The notes under the pieces were generated by a model. That model was not told where the DNA came from. It worked only from the letters and a program-made list of their open reading frames with translations, and did no database searches. 60,676 nucleotides of DNA. Source: an uncultured virus (IMG/VR IMGVR_UViG_3300020056_000011). Lineage: Duplodnaviria; Heunggongvirae; Uroviricota; Caudoviricetes. Each line of letters starts with the position of its first letter. Within the stretch, counting starts at the first letter, position 1. The stretch is from IMG/VR virus record IMGVR_UViG_3300020056_000011. One strand, 5' to 3'. Shown here one piece after another: positions 19,621-28,889 of this stretch. The translations under genes and the position numbers were made by a program.

Positions 19621-19933
19621 CTAATTTTTTAGCCTCTCTAAACAACCTATCGGACTCATCTTTTAAATGTTGTGCCTGTCTTAATAAAGACTCTTTCTTT
19701 TTCTCTATATCATCTGAGCCTTTATGTAAAGACAAAGTTTTTGGTTCTTGATCTTCTGTTCCATAAACTTCTGTCCATTTGTCTTTTGGACATCTTAGAT
19801 TAGCAATTTTAGCTTTGGCAGGCATAAAACATCCACAAGATTTACATACCTTTAATGTTTTTACAAACTCTTCACAAGAATTACAAATCTGCATTCTCTG
19901 TTGATATATAAAATCAGAAGCCCAAATTGCCAT
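19607..19933 (-). CDS. Cys-rich small protein (metal-binding)
   Basis: RMQICNSC..CKSCGCFMPAK..CPKDKW. Confidence 0.65.
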   Translation of the reverse strand: MAIWASDFIYQQRMQICNSCEEFVKTLKVCKSCGCFMPAKAKIANLRCPKDKWTEVYGTEDQEPKTLSLHKGSDDIEKKKESLLRQAQHLKDESDRLFREAKKLDGTN

Positions 19934-20952
19934 TAGTTACCTACTCTATATTTCTTTTTCAAAAATCCATCAAATTTAGAATCTTGTAATAAAGTTTCCC
20001 AAAATTCCATATTATGTGTTTCTTTTTCACGAAACTTTTTATCGTCTACTTCTCCAGTTTCTGGATCAACCATCTGATACCATCCACCTGATTTGGATAT
20101 TACACCATAATCTACCGCCATGTCAAGAAGACCTGAAGTTTTATCTATACCATTTTCCCATGAAACTGAAATTGGAATTTTAGATTTTTCTTTTACAAAT
20201 CTAGATTTCTCTACATTGATTACGAAATGATATCCTTGAATTTCTGTACCAACCTTGTCTTGTTGTCTACCAATAATCCAAATAGTATCAGCACTATAAT
20301 ACATTCCAGTGCCACCAGATACAACCTTAGTTGGATATAACCCCTGTGAGTCATATGTGTGGTTAATTGCAACCATTGGAATATCTTTCATTGTTAGATG
20401 TGGTGTTACCATTCTAAACAAAGATTTGAATTGTTTTGCTCTTGTCATATCAGCGGCAGACTTTTGATTCTCCGCATCTTCTACTTCTTTTTTCGATGCA
20501 AGGTTTCCTACAGAATCAACCATGATAAAAAGTTTATCTTCTGTTTCTATTTCTTTTAGCTGAGAAACCATATCAAATTTCAATTCTTCCAAATCAGTAA
20601 CTGGAATGTGAACTACTCTTGTGGTATCAATTTCAAATACATCAAAATAGTTCTGTGGAGTTCCAAATTCACTGTCATAAAAAAGAGCAACCGCATCTGG
20701 ATATTTGTCTAGATACGATTTCATCATAATCAAACCAAATGCCGTTTTAAAGTGTTTACTTGGACCTGCAATCATTGTCAAACCAGAAGTAAATCCTTTT
20801 TCCAGTGATCCAGAAAATGCAACATTCATTGCTGGAATATTTGTAGGAATATTATCCTTTTCATGTAAAAACGGCGATTCTGATAAAGTATTAACTCTTC
20901 CATCTTTGAAAGACGTATTCTTTCTTAACTTACTCATTAGTCCAGATGTCAT
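19933..20952 (-). CDS. uvsX: RecA-like recombinase UvsX
   Basis: AGPSKHFKT, FYDSEFG, DSVGNLASKKEVEDA, SGGTGMYYSAD. Confidence 0.96.
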   Translation of the reverse strand: MTSGLMSKLRKNTSFKDGRVNTLSESPFLHEKDNIPTNIPAMNVAFSGSLEKGFTSGLTMIAGPSKHFKTAFGLIMMKSYLDKYPDAVALFYDSEFGTPQNYFDVFEIDTTRVVHIPVTDLEELKFDMVSQLKEIETEDKLFIMVDSVGNLASKKEVEDAENQKSAADMTRAKQFKSLFRMVTPHLTMKDIPMVAINHTYDSQGLYPTKVVSGGTGMYYSADTIWIIGRQQDKVGTEIQGYHFVINVEKSRFVKEKSKIPISVSWENGIDKTSGLLDMAVDYGVISKSGGWYQMVDPETGEVDDKKFREKETHNMEFWETLLQDSKFDGFLKKKYRVGN

Positions 20953-20964
20953 ATTATTCTCCTA

Positions 20965-23496
20965 TTAAAAAAAGTCATCAATTGTAAATATTTTTTCAGT
21001 TTTCCAACCAATTGTGTCTGTGATAGTTTGAATAGGGTCAAGAAACGCCTTTTCAAATTGTTTGTTGTAGTCAATATATCGATGCAAGTCAAATTCTTCT
21101 GGTAAAGAATCTTGAATTGCAATTGTATTGTTTCCTATCGGATTTGGCTCTTTCAAATATACAAACTTAATCTTTTCGCCTTCCTTAATTAAAGGATAAG
21201 ACATTCCAAGTTTGTGTTTTTGCACCAAATTATTATAATGAATCACACCTTTCACATGAATTGGTGTGCCTTTTGTATATAAATCTTTCGAATCAAAGTA
21301 TTTCTTTAGGCCATTAACACTTCTTGGAAAAGAAATGTCTGGTACATCCATTGTTTTAAATTCTTCTCTAAATTTATCAATAAACTCAATCAACTCATCA
21401 TTATCACCCTTCATTATAACTTTAAAGGATTCTCTTAGTTTATCTCTACACGCAGCCGGAGTTGAAGAACGAACAGCCTCAATACCCATAATTTTTAGTT
21501 CTGGGGTTTTATATCTGACTCCTTCGTTATCATGAACATTTAAGATATATCTCTTCTTCGCAGTCCACAAACCCTTTGATGCAATCACCTCTCTAGCCAT
21601 TACCATCTTTTGGTCATATGCATTCATATATTCAGCAAGTTCTTTATAAGCCTTATCAATAAAAGGTTCCAATTTCTCCTGAGCAACTCTATCAAGAAAT
21701 GATACCACTCGCTCGGTTTGTATACCACCATCACTCTCCGATATCGAATCTCCTTTTCCAAACACTCTTTGTACCAAGTCACCAAAAACAACATATATCG
21801 AATCTGTATCGCTTGCAATGACATATTCTTTCTGTTCTTCATTTCCTAATACCTTGTTCATGTATTCGTTTACTTTTTTCTCAATCCAACGAATACTTAG
21901 TTGACCAGATAAAGTAATCGACTCAGCCTGTCTAATATCAAAATATCTAAAATATTGATTTCCTAACGCACCATAAGCTGAATTGAGAAGAATTTTTGCT
22001 GCCATTTGTTTGTTGTTTAGTGCGGCGATTTTCTTATCTAATTCCACTGGATCGCCGTCGCCGTCAATCTTTCTCTGTTTACATTTTAACATTTCTTTCT
22101 TATATTGTACACGGTCATCATACATACCTTGCATCAATTTTGGAAGAAATCCTTTTTTTGAATTATCATAAAGAACGCCATTTGGTGTGAGAGAATATCC
22201 ATATTGTTGACATGCTTCTGTGTCCGTTCCTTTCTCTAACAAAGTATTTACATTTGTATCAACACGATCTGTTTCAACTAATGTTTCTGGTGAGATATTA
22301 TATTGCATGATAAGATGTGGATACAAACTATTCAAATCAAAAGACATGACCCAATCATGCATTCCAACAATTGGATCTTTTACATATGCACCGGCATAGG
22401 CCTCAGTCTTTTGACTTATTGTTTTTGGTGGAATTACTATCTTGTTTCGTCTTAGAAGATTAAACGCAATCGAGTCCCATGTTTTGATTGGAGAAAAAAC
22501 TTCATCATAATTAACCTTTGCCTGATATGCAATAGTAATGAGAAGTTCCAACAATTTTAGTTTATCTTCAAGTCTATCGACAAGTTCAACATCAATGATG
22601 TTATAATCTATATATTTCTGATAGTCCATCTTATAAAATAGATGCATCGATGAAAATTCAGAGTGGTCAAGTTTTCTTTGGCCAAGTTCAACAAATGCAA
22701 TATGGTCTAATCGATAAGATTCTCTGGTGACATATGTAAATTTTCTATACAAGTCAAGATAATCAATAATGTTTAATCCAAGTAGCTGAACATGTTCTGT
22801 AAGTTGTCCTCTAATATTTTTTTGAACTTTGTTTACAGAACGCCAAGGTGACAGACGTTTCATCTGTTCTTCGCCCAAGATTTTAGTAATTCTATTTACA
22901 AGATATAATATATCGAAAGAGTTTACATTCCATCCAGTTACAATATCAATATCAGCAGACTCCCACAAATTCAGAAATGAACGTAGAAGTTCCATTTCAC
23001 TTGTACATTTGTAATATTTGATATTCAGATGTTCGACTTCTGGAGTTTTATGTTCCCAATCTCCAAGACCAAGAACTGTATAAAGTCCATTATATTTTAA
23101 AGTAATAGCATTCACTCGTTCAGCCGCAGCTGCTGGTTCTGGAAATCCCTGTTCACATTCAACCTCAATATCAAGTGTTGCGATATTGATTTTATCAATA
23201 TCAAATTCCATATCATTATAAGTATCAGATATAAATGGATAGATAAAAGGCGTCATTCCGTAAATAGGAGACAGTCCTTCGACTTCTCGCATCTTACTTC
23301 TTGCTTCGTTAATGGCCGAAAATGTTACTTTTTTTAGATTTTTTCCATCAAGAGATTTATATTTTGATGTTCTGTCTTTTGTTTCAAAAAATAAAGATGG
23401 TTTATAATCTAACCTTAATTTTTTTCGTTCACCATTGTTATATTCTCTAACAAGAATTTTGTTTCCAATATTTTGTACATTAGTATAAAAACGCAT
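20965..23496 (-). CDS. gp43: Family B DNA polymerase (T4 gp43)
   Basis: DIEVE exonuclease motif, SFDLNSLYPH, KILLNSAYGALGN, ASDTDS, KKRY. Confidence 0.97.
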   Translation of the reverse strand: MRFYTNVQNIGNKILVREYNNGERKKLRLDYKPSLFFETKDRTSKYKSLDGKNLKKVTFSAINEARSKMREVEGLSPIYGMTPFIYPFISDTYNDMEFDIDKINIATLDIEVECEQGFPEPAAAAERVNAITLKYNGLYTVLGLGDWEHKTPEVEHLNIKYYKCTSEMELLRSFLNLWESADIDIVTGWNVNSFDILYLVNRITKILGEEQMKRLSPWRSVNKVQKNIRGQLTEHVQLLGLNIIDYLDLYRKFTYVTRESYRLDHIAFVELGQRKLDHSEFSSMHLFYKMDYQKYIDYNIIDVELVDRLEDKLKLLELLITIAYQAKVNYDEVFSPIKTWDSIAFNLLRRNKIVIPPKTISQKTEAYAGAYVKDPIVGMHDWVMSFDLNSLYPHLIMQYNISPETLVETDRVDTNVNTLLEKGTDTEACQQYGYSLTPNGVLYDNSKKGFLPKLMQGMYDDRVQYKKEMLKCKQRKIDGDGDPVELDKKIAALNNKQMAAKILLNSAYGALGNQYFRYFDIRQAESITLSGQLSIRWIEKKVNEYMNKVLGNEEQKEYVIASDTDSIYVVFGDLVQRVFGKGDSISESDGGIQTERVVSFLDRVAQEKLEPFIDKAYKELAEYMNAYDQKMVMAREVIASKGLWTAKKRYILNVHDNEGVRYKTPELKIMGIEAVRSSTPAACRDKLRESFKVIMKGDNDELIEFIDKFREEFKTMDVPDISFPRSVNGLKKYFDSKDLYTKGTPIHVKGVIHYNNLVQKHKLGMSYPLIKEGEKIKFVYLKEPNPIGNNTIAIQDSLPEEFDLHRYIDYNKQFEKAFLDPIQTITDTIGWKTEKIFTIDDFF

Positions 23497-23506
23497 AATA
23501 CCTCAT

Positions 23507-23535
23507 AATATATACTATAAAATTCAAATTGTCAA
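23507..23535 (-). promoter_or_regulatory. Sigma70-type promoter upstream of gp43
   Basis: TTGACA-N17-TATATT on the minus strand. Confidence 0.6.
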
Positions 23536-23540
23536 GGTTT

Positions 23541-23888
23541 TTATATTTTTACAAAACCATGATTGCCGCGGGGCGGAGATGTAGTAAGTGTTGGTTTGCT
23601 TGGGGGAAGAACTAAACCACTACCAAATACTTTATTATATTCCGTAGTTAGTTCATTTACAGGATCAACAATAAATCCAATATATGCTTTTTCTAATTCT
23701 ATTCCATCAGACGATTTTGTATAAGGCATGAAGGGAGACAGACCAACTCTTGCTGTTGCTGTTGTTGTATCTGCATATGAAGTGACAATTTGACAAGCAT
23801 TTTTTAAGAAATACTTACCTTCGCCTTTATCTTCAATATCTCCCATCAATTCTTCGCCAGATAGAAGTCTGACTACCTTAATTGCCAT
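23541..23888 (-). CDS. Conserved hypothetical protein (Sm-like fold candidate)
   Basis: MAIKVVRLLSGEELMGDI..GLSPFMPYT..YNKVFGSGLVLP, common in T4-likes. Confidence 0.7.
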   Translation of the reverse strand: MAIKVVRLLSGEELMGDIEDKGEGKYFLKNACQIVTSYADTTTATARVGLSPFMPYTKSSDGIELEKAYIGFIVDPVNELTTEYNKVFGSGLVLPPSKPTLTTSPPRGNHGFVKI

Positions 23889-24156
23889 CTGTTGATGGTG
23901 CTTCTTCTGTAGAAACTGGTACTGGTTGTGATTGTGGAACATTTGCAAAATAAGCAATAATAGTTTTTAGTTTAGTTTCCGCTTCATTCAACTGCGTAAC
24001 TAAATCATCCATAGATCCAATAGTATCTCCATGATCCCCTACACCAGCACCATTTTCGAAATATACTTGAAGATTTGCAATTGCTGCATCTCTTTCAAAT
24101 TCATATTTACGAATTAATGCTCGTAATTTTAAACTGCTTGTATAATCTAATTTCAT
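23878..24156 (-). CDS. Conserved hypothetical protein
   Basis: AIANLQVYFENGAGVGDHGDTI motif. Confidence 0.65.
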   Translation of the reverse strand: MKLDYTSSLKLRALIRKYEFERDAAIANLQVYFENGAGVGDHGDTIGSMDDLVTQLNEAETKLKTIIAYFANVPQSQPVPVSTEEAPSTDGN

Positions 24157-24171
24157 TATATCACTCCTATG

Positions 24172-24516
24172 TTATCCTTGATATTTTTGAACTTCTTCGG
24201 CTTTTGCACCACGCTCAACCCATTTTTTCTCATTTTTAATATGGTTTCTCAGAGATTGCTGCAACTTTCTAGAATACTCCGTATCTCCTAACCATTTAAT
24301 TACTCTGCGTTCAAACCATTTCCATTCCATGTTCAAAACTTTCTGAACAATATGAGGACTTGCCTCTACAATTTGTCTATTGTTTAAAAGTTCTTGCATC
24401 AGTTTATCGTGCGGAAGGCCTGGATTGAATCTAATATCTTTACCATTTGAACTAGTCCGATATAGAATTGGCTCTTCGATAGGTTCTTCATTCACCTGAT
24501 TTTCATTATCTGACAT
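24172..24516 (-). CDS. Hypothetical protein
   Basis: 114 aa ORF in a gene-dense operon. Confidence 0.6.
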   Translation of the reverse strand: MSDNENQVNEEPIEEPILYRTSSNGKDIRFNPGLPHDKLMQELLNNRQIVEASPHIVQKVLNMEWKWFERRVIKWLGDTEYSRKLQQSLRNHIKNEKKWVERGAKAEEVQKYQG

Positions 24517-24519
24517 AAT

Positions 24520-24705
24520 TTATGTTCCCTTTACAATCCATTCCTTTTCATCTTGAATTTCCATTCGGCGTGTTTTGCAAAGTTTTACAAGTTCATTCAA
24601 ATGTTTTCTTGCCCGAACTCCGGCAGATTTATTTCCATTTTTAAACTTCTCGTTTTCTATTTTATATTGTTCCAATTCAATAGTTAGCTGATCATGAGTT
24701 TCCAT
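24520..24705 (-). CDS. Histone H1-like Hc1-type small DNA-binding protein
   Basis: ENEKFKNGNKSAGVRARKHLNELVKLCKTRRMEIQ resembles the Hc1 N-terminal domain (GNKAAG.RARK). Confidence 0.65.
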   Translation of the reverse strand: METHDQLTIELEQYKIENEKFKNGNKSAGVRARKHLNELVKLCKTRRMEIQDEKEWIVKGT

Positions 24706-24725
24706 TTTTCTATCCTTGGTTAGTT

Positions 24726-24744
24726 GGGGAGCAAAATGCTCCCC
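24726..24744 (-). terminator. Stem-loop downstream of hsp20
   Basis: GGGGAGCA-N3-TGCTCCCC perfect 8-bp stem; no strong U tract. Confidence 0.55.
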
Positions 24745-24753
24745 GATAATTTA

Positions 24754-25212
24754 TTATTCAACTAAAAGAGTTTTCTTTCCCTTTTTGCCAATTGATCGAT
24801 TAATCTCAATCTTTCTAGGCTGTTTTTCTTCTGGAATTACATGTTCCAATTCGATTACAAGCATTCCATTAGAAAGTTTCGCATCATTCACAACAATGTC
24901 TGGATTGAGAGTGAATGTTCTAGCAAAATTTCTAGACGAAATTCCCTTATGCAAGTAGTTAGATTCTTCGCGTTCTGTTACTGTACCTGTTACTGTAAGA
25001 GTATCTTCTTTAACTTCAACATCAAGTTCATCTTCAGAAAATCCCGATACAGCAATTTCAATACGATAATCAGAATCGTTTACTTTTACTACATTGTATG
25101 GGGGATAGTTTTGCGTTGTTGTTTGAGACAAATTCTCAAGTTCATTAAACAATCTATCGAACCCGACACTATAACGCATAAAAGGGTCTAAAGTTTTAAA
25201 TTTCGTAACCAT
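24754..25212 (-). CDS. hsp20: Small heat-shock protein (Hsp20/IbpA family)
   Basis: VGFDRLF, NYPPYNV, YRIEIAVSGF, YLHKGISSRNFARTFTL, NGMLVIEL. Confidence 0.95.
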   Translation of the reverse strand: MVTKFKTLDPFMRYSVGFDRLFNELENLSQTTTQNYPPYNVVKVNDSDYRIEIAVSGFSEDELDVEVKEDTLTVTGTVTEREESNYLHKGISSRNFARTFTLNPDIVVNDAKLSNGMLVIELEHVIPEEKQPRKIEINRSIGKKGKKTLLVE

Positions 25213-25298
25213 GTTTTTTCCTCCTATTAAGCAAGGTTTTGAAATTGGCCTCTAATGAGCACCAAGTGGATTTTACCGCAAAGCGTGAAGGAATCCAC
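25213..25298 (-). promoter_or_regulatory. Structured 5' UTR with ROSE-like RNA thermometer
   Basis: CCUUGCU-UAAU-AGGAGG hairpin (UYGCU opposite the SD with a bulged G), preceded by two further hairpins. Confidence 0.65.
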
Positions 25299-25317
25299 GA
25301 TCCTATACTATATATAA

Positions 25318-25692
25318 TCAAAAAACAATTTTTCTCAAATCAGGGTCAAAAAAATTTGGGCCCTTGAGTACTTTTCCATCTTCTCTGTAAATTGGCTTTC
25401 CATCTTCGCCTAATTTAGACATGTTAGAACGATGTACTTCTTCAAAACATCTATCTAAATCAATTCCATATGCATGTCCAGCTCCATAAACGACATATAA
25501 TAAGTCAGTTAGTGCATCTGCAACATCAACCAATTCTTCATCCTCAAGCGAGGCTTGTTTCAGTTCATTTAGTTCTTCTTCTATCAACTCATTTCTAAGT
25601 GCGATAGTATTTGCATCTGGAAAACGAGCATCAGTTAACACTTCTTGCCCGTATGTTTCCATAAATTCTTTCACTTTTTCGAAGTTAGTCAT
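25318..25692 (-). CDS. MazG-like / PRA-PH family NTP pyrophosphohydrolase
   Basis: LIEEELNEL, DVADALTDLLYVVYG, EVHRSNMSKLGEDGKPIYREDGKVLKGPN. Confidence 0.88.
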   Translation of the reverse strand: MTNFEKVKEFMETYGQEVLTDARFPDANTIALRNELIEEELNELKQASLEDEELVDVADALTDLLYVVYGAGHAYGIDLDRCFEEVHRSNMSKLGEDGKPIYREDGKVLKGPNFFDPDLRKIVF

Positions 25693-26081
25693 TATTTCTT
25701 TCTTCCAATATTATATTTAGGTACTAATTCCCAATCATCTTTTTCTTTATGAGAGAGAATTTTTATCTGTGAAATTGGTGCATCAACATGTTCATCTTCT
25801 TTGATAATATTAATCAATCCCCATTCTTTTAAAAGGTTAACGATTGTATTTCTTCTTGCTCTATCATTTTCTGAAAAATCAGATGATTTTCCATCAAGCT
25901 TAAATAGCTCTTTGAAATGAACAATGTAGTATTTACCCTGTTTGTGAAGAATGTGACAAGATTGATAAAGTTTTTTATCTTTTTTAGATGCAACACCAAT
26001 TCTAGTGAGTGTTTCTCTTATTTTTAAGAAGTCCTCTTGATCGCTAAGAGTGACTTCTACTAGTGATTCTAAAATCGACAT
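25692..26081 (-). CDS. regA: Translational repressor RegA
   Basis: DFLKIRETLTRIGVAS..LYQSCHILHKQGKYYIVHFKELF. Confidence 0.97.
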   Translation of the reverse strand: MSILESLVEVTLSDQEDFLKIRETLTRIGVASKKDKKLYQSCHILHKQGKYYIVHFKELFKLDGKSSDFSENDRARRNTIVNLLKEWGLINIIKEDEHVDAPISQIKILSHKEKDDWELVPKYNIGRKK

Positions 26082-26083
26082 AA

Positions 26084-26470
26084 TTATCCGCCTTTATTCA
26101 GTTTGCTCTTAATTTCATCAATCTGTTCGCTTGAGAGGATATTAAGAGCTTCCTCTGTTTTTTTATTATTATATCCATAATATTCTTTTACATGATTAAA
26201 ATCATTATGAATAGACTTTTTATGCCAAGGCGAAAATCTTTTCCTTGGACGTATACTATTTAGTAAATAATCAAATTGCATTTTTTTGTCCATATGAGGA
26301 CGCATATTCATTTCATTTGCATACATAATAGTATCGTGATAATTAGAAAAGTTTCTATTTACCAAAAATGATTGATACTTCTTTTCCCATTCTTCGTCCA
26401 AAGAATCCATCAATCTCTTTTTAGTATGAGAAATTGCTGGCACATAATCTTTAAATAAATCGTAACTCAT
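26084..26470 (-). CDS. gp62: Clamp loader small subunit (gp62)
   Basis: YANEMN..QFDYLLNSIRPRKRFSPW..VKEYYGYNNKK; synteny. Confidence 0.92.
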   Translation of the reverse strand: MSYDLFKDYVPAISHTKKRLMDSLDEEWEKKYQSFLVNRNFSNYHDTIMYANEMNMRPHMDKKMQFDYLLNSIRPRKRFSPWHKKSIHNDFNHVKEYYGYNNKKTEEALNILSSEQIDEIKSKLNKGG

Positions 26471-26697
26471 TATCCACTCACATATATATCTTTTTGAGGC
26501 CGATACCATGTTTTTTGTTCATGAATTCTTCCTAATAAATCTTGAATTTCATGCATCTCTTCTCTAAGTTTATCGCTTGTTTCTCCCTGAGCGATAGCAA
26601 GGCCTCTTCGGCCTGCTTTTGCCCTGAGAGCTTGTTCAATAATTTCAATGTCTCTCACATTTAAATAGAATGATGTATTTGGTTTTATCATTTCCAA
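26470..26697 (-). CDS. Hypothetical protein between gp44 and gp62
   Basis: 75 aa ORF coupled to both neighbours. Confidence 0.55.
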   Translation of the reverse strand: MEMIKPNTSFYLNVRDIEIIEQALRAKAGRRGLAIAQGETSDKLREEMHEIQDLLGRIHEQKTWYRPQKDIYVSG

Positions 26698-27760
26698 TCA
26701 CACTCCATCATCAACTCTGTCAAACACGCCACAAGATTTATTTCTTGATCGGCAACAAATGCAGACTTGTATGAATAGTCTGCAATAGTCACAACTGCTT
26801 GAGGAATTGAAGATGGTTCTGCGTGTTCATACAGTCCATCATAGATTTTTCTATATAAAGTATTTGGATCATTATCCAAGTTCTGAGTTGTCCATCCTCT
26901 AATCTCTGTGAAATTCTTATCCTTCATCGCCGATGTGAGTTTGTTTATATTTACCTCTCCCACATCAGTTAGAAGGCCTTCATCTATTTCACCACCAACA
27001 GAATATCTCTGGAGTTCATTTAAGACTCTTCTCCAATCTGGAAAATGTTTCATTACAAGTTCCACAACCACCTTTTCTTTATAAGAAATATTTTCTTTAT
27101 CAAGAATAGTTTTTACTCTATTGAAAAAAGTTCCTGCCAATTTTGGTTTGTCGGATTTTTTGATTTTAAATTCTACAAGAGAACATCTACTATGCAGTGG
27201 TTCAATGATACGATTCTTGAAATTGCATGTAAGAATAAATCTACAATTACCAGAAAACTCTTCAATGAATCCACGCAGAGCGGGCTGAGTTGATTGTGGA
27301 TTTAGATAATCCGCTTCGTCTAAAATGATAACCTTTCCAAATTCTTTACTATTTCCAGTATCAAAACTTACAGTTGATGCATAGTTTCGAATCTTATTTC
27401 TTAGAACATCAATACCACTATCTTCGGAACCGTTGATTAAGATATAGTCCATTTTCATCTCATTGCACAAGGCACGAGCCAGAGTTGTTTTACCAACACC
27501 TGGCCCGCCAGACAATAGGAGATTGGGTAAACTTCCTGTATCAACAAACTCTTTGAATGTTGATTTTAGTTCATCAGTTAGTCATTGCACAAGGCACGAG
27601 CCAGAGTTGTTTTACCAACACCTGGCCCGCCAGACAATAGGAGATTGGGTAAACTTCCTGTATCAACAAACTCTTTGAATGTTGATTTTAGTTCATCAGT
27701 TAGAATACAATTATCGATATCGGATGGACGATATTTTTCTACCCATAAAAAATTGTCCAT
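26688..27760 (-). CDS. gp44: Clamp loader large subunit (gp44), frameshifted by a 122-bp tandem duplication
   Basis: LWVEKYRP, GPGVGKTT, IILDEADYL, ALRGFIEEFS, PLHSRC. Removing one repeat copy gives a single 316-aa ORF. Confidence 0.93.
27460..27703. repeat. Exact tandem duplication, 2 x 122 bp
   Basis: 27460-27581 is identical to 27582-27703. Confidence 0.95.
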
Positions 27761-27762
27761 AC

Positions 27763-28461
27763 TTACTCCCCATAAGTCGAATCTTGTTCAAGTGTAATCC
27801 AATATTGAATTGGCAATTTCTGGTGTCGGAAAGTTGAGATTTTATTTTTAGAAATCCCTACATCATAATCACCTTCGATTAGCTTTAGGTTTTCTGAACG
27901 GAAGTACATATTAAATGTTGCATTTGATTCACCAACTGGTTCTTCAGCAACATTGGATGTATCATCTTTTTTATCCAATGCACAAAAATAAACAACTCCA
28001 TCGTCTTTTGTTGACAATGAATAATCAGGAAGTCCAGAAATGGATGCCACTTGATTGATAGTATGTAGTGTAGAATTTGGAAGCTTTACATTAATATCCC
28101 AATCCGGCGAAGGTTTCGATCCTTCTGGATTGTTGTCGCTTCCTTCTAATTCAAAGGTATTCTCAACATAGACAATAATAGATGGTTCGGCAGCCATAAA
28201 TTTATATGTCTTTGCTCCATTGCTCATCATGACAAACTTATCATGAAAATCTAGTTCTGGATAAATCTTCAAAAGATTTAGAAATTTTCCCAAATCATAA
28301 ATGCAAAAATCTACTGGAAATTCTTCACTTACATCAGTTGCTGATAAAATGTTTCTCATAACAGAAATAGTGGATAATCGACTTCCTTTTTTCAAGTAAA
28401 TTGACTGATTAATAGTCGAATAATTCTTCAATATATTTTGCGTTTGCTCACTCAATTTCAT
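27763..28461 (-). CDS. gp45: Sliding clamp (gp45)
   Basis: MKLSEQTQNILKNYSTINQSI, FCIYDLGKFL, ENLKLIEGDYDV, YWITLE. Confidence 0.95.
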   Translation of the reverse strand: MKLSEQTQNILKNYSTINQSIYLKKGSRLSTISVMRNILSATDVSEEFPVDFCIYDLGKFLNLLKIYPELDFHDKFVMMSNGAKTYKFMAAEPSIIVYVENTFELEGSDNNPEGSKPSPDWDINVKLPNSTLHTINQVASISGLPDYSLSTKDDGVVYFCALDKKDDTSNVAEEPVGESNATFNMYFRSENLKLIEGDYDVGISKNKISTFRHQKLPIQYWITLEQDSTYGE

Positions 28462-28609
28462 TTTCAATTTCTCCATATTTAGAATTCAAGTAATTAGAAA
28501 TAGTTTGTTTTTGTTTTGATGCCATTTTTTTGACATATTCTTTTCTGCCCTTGCTGAGTTTTTTATAGTCTCGATCCAAGTTATCAGAATGTTTCAGATT
28601 GATGCTCAT
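28448..28609 (-). CDS. Small basic hypothetical protein (53 aa)
   Basis: Manual translation MSINLKHSDNLDRDYKKLSKGRKEYVKKMASKQKQTISNYLNSKYGEIENEIE; fills the gap, with GGAG upstream. Confidence 0.5.
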   Translation of the reverse strand: MSINLKHSDNLDRDYKKLSKGRKEYVKKMASKQKQTISNYLNSKYGEIENEIE

Positions 28610-28889
28610 CATTTTCTCCATAAGTCATATCATGATTATATAAAGCCAGTATACCATAATGAATGATTTTAAGCAAGTCTTTTCTCCAATCTTCTGTGGA
28701 ACCTTTTTTACCATATCGATTAGAGTATTTGTCTATATTGCCCATACAAAAACCTTCACCATGTCCTCTGCCCATGATTACTTCAGTTGATTGGTATGTG
28801 TTTTTAGAATAATGACCTTCGTAGGTCTTATCAATGTATGCTCGAACTTCTTCGAGCAATACATCTTCATTGAATTTATAGTCTATCAA
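28584..28889 (-). CDS. DUF3310-like conserved phage protein
   Basis: HYS..GFCMGNIDKYSNRYGKKG..DLLKIIHY. Confidence 0.7.
   Translation of the reverse strand: MIDYKFNEDVLLEEVRAYIDKTYEGHYSKNTYQSTEVIMGRGHGEGFCMGNIDKYSNRYGKKGSTEDWRKDLLKIIHYGILALYNHDMTYGENDEHQSETF

Noticed and set aside
27460..27703. Programmed frameshift, CRISPR-like repeat or DGR template/variable repeat explanation for the duplications
   Set aside because: Copies are directly adjacent and identical, with no spacers, no adenine-specific mismatches and no reverse transcriptase in the window
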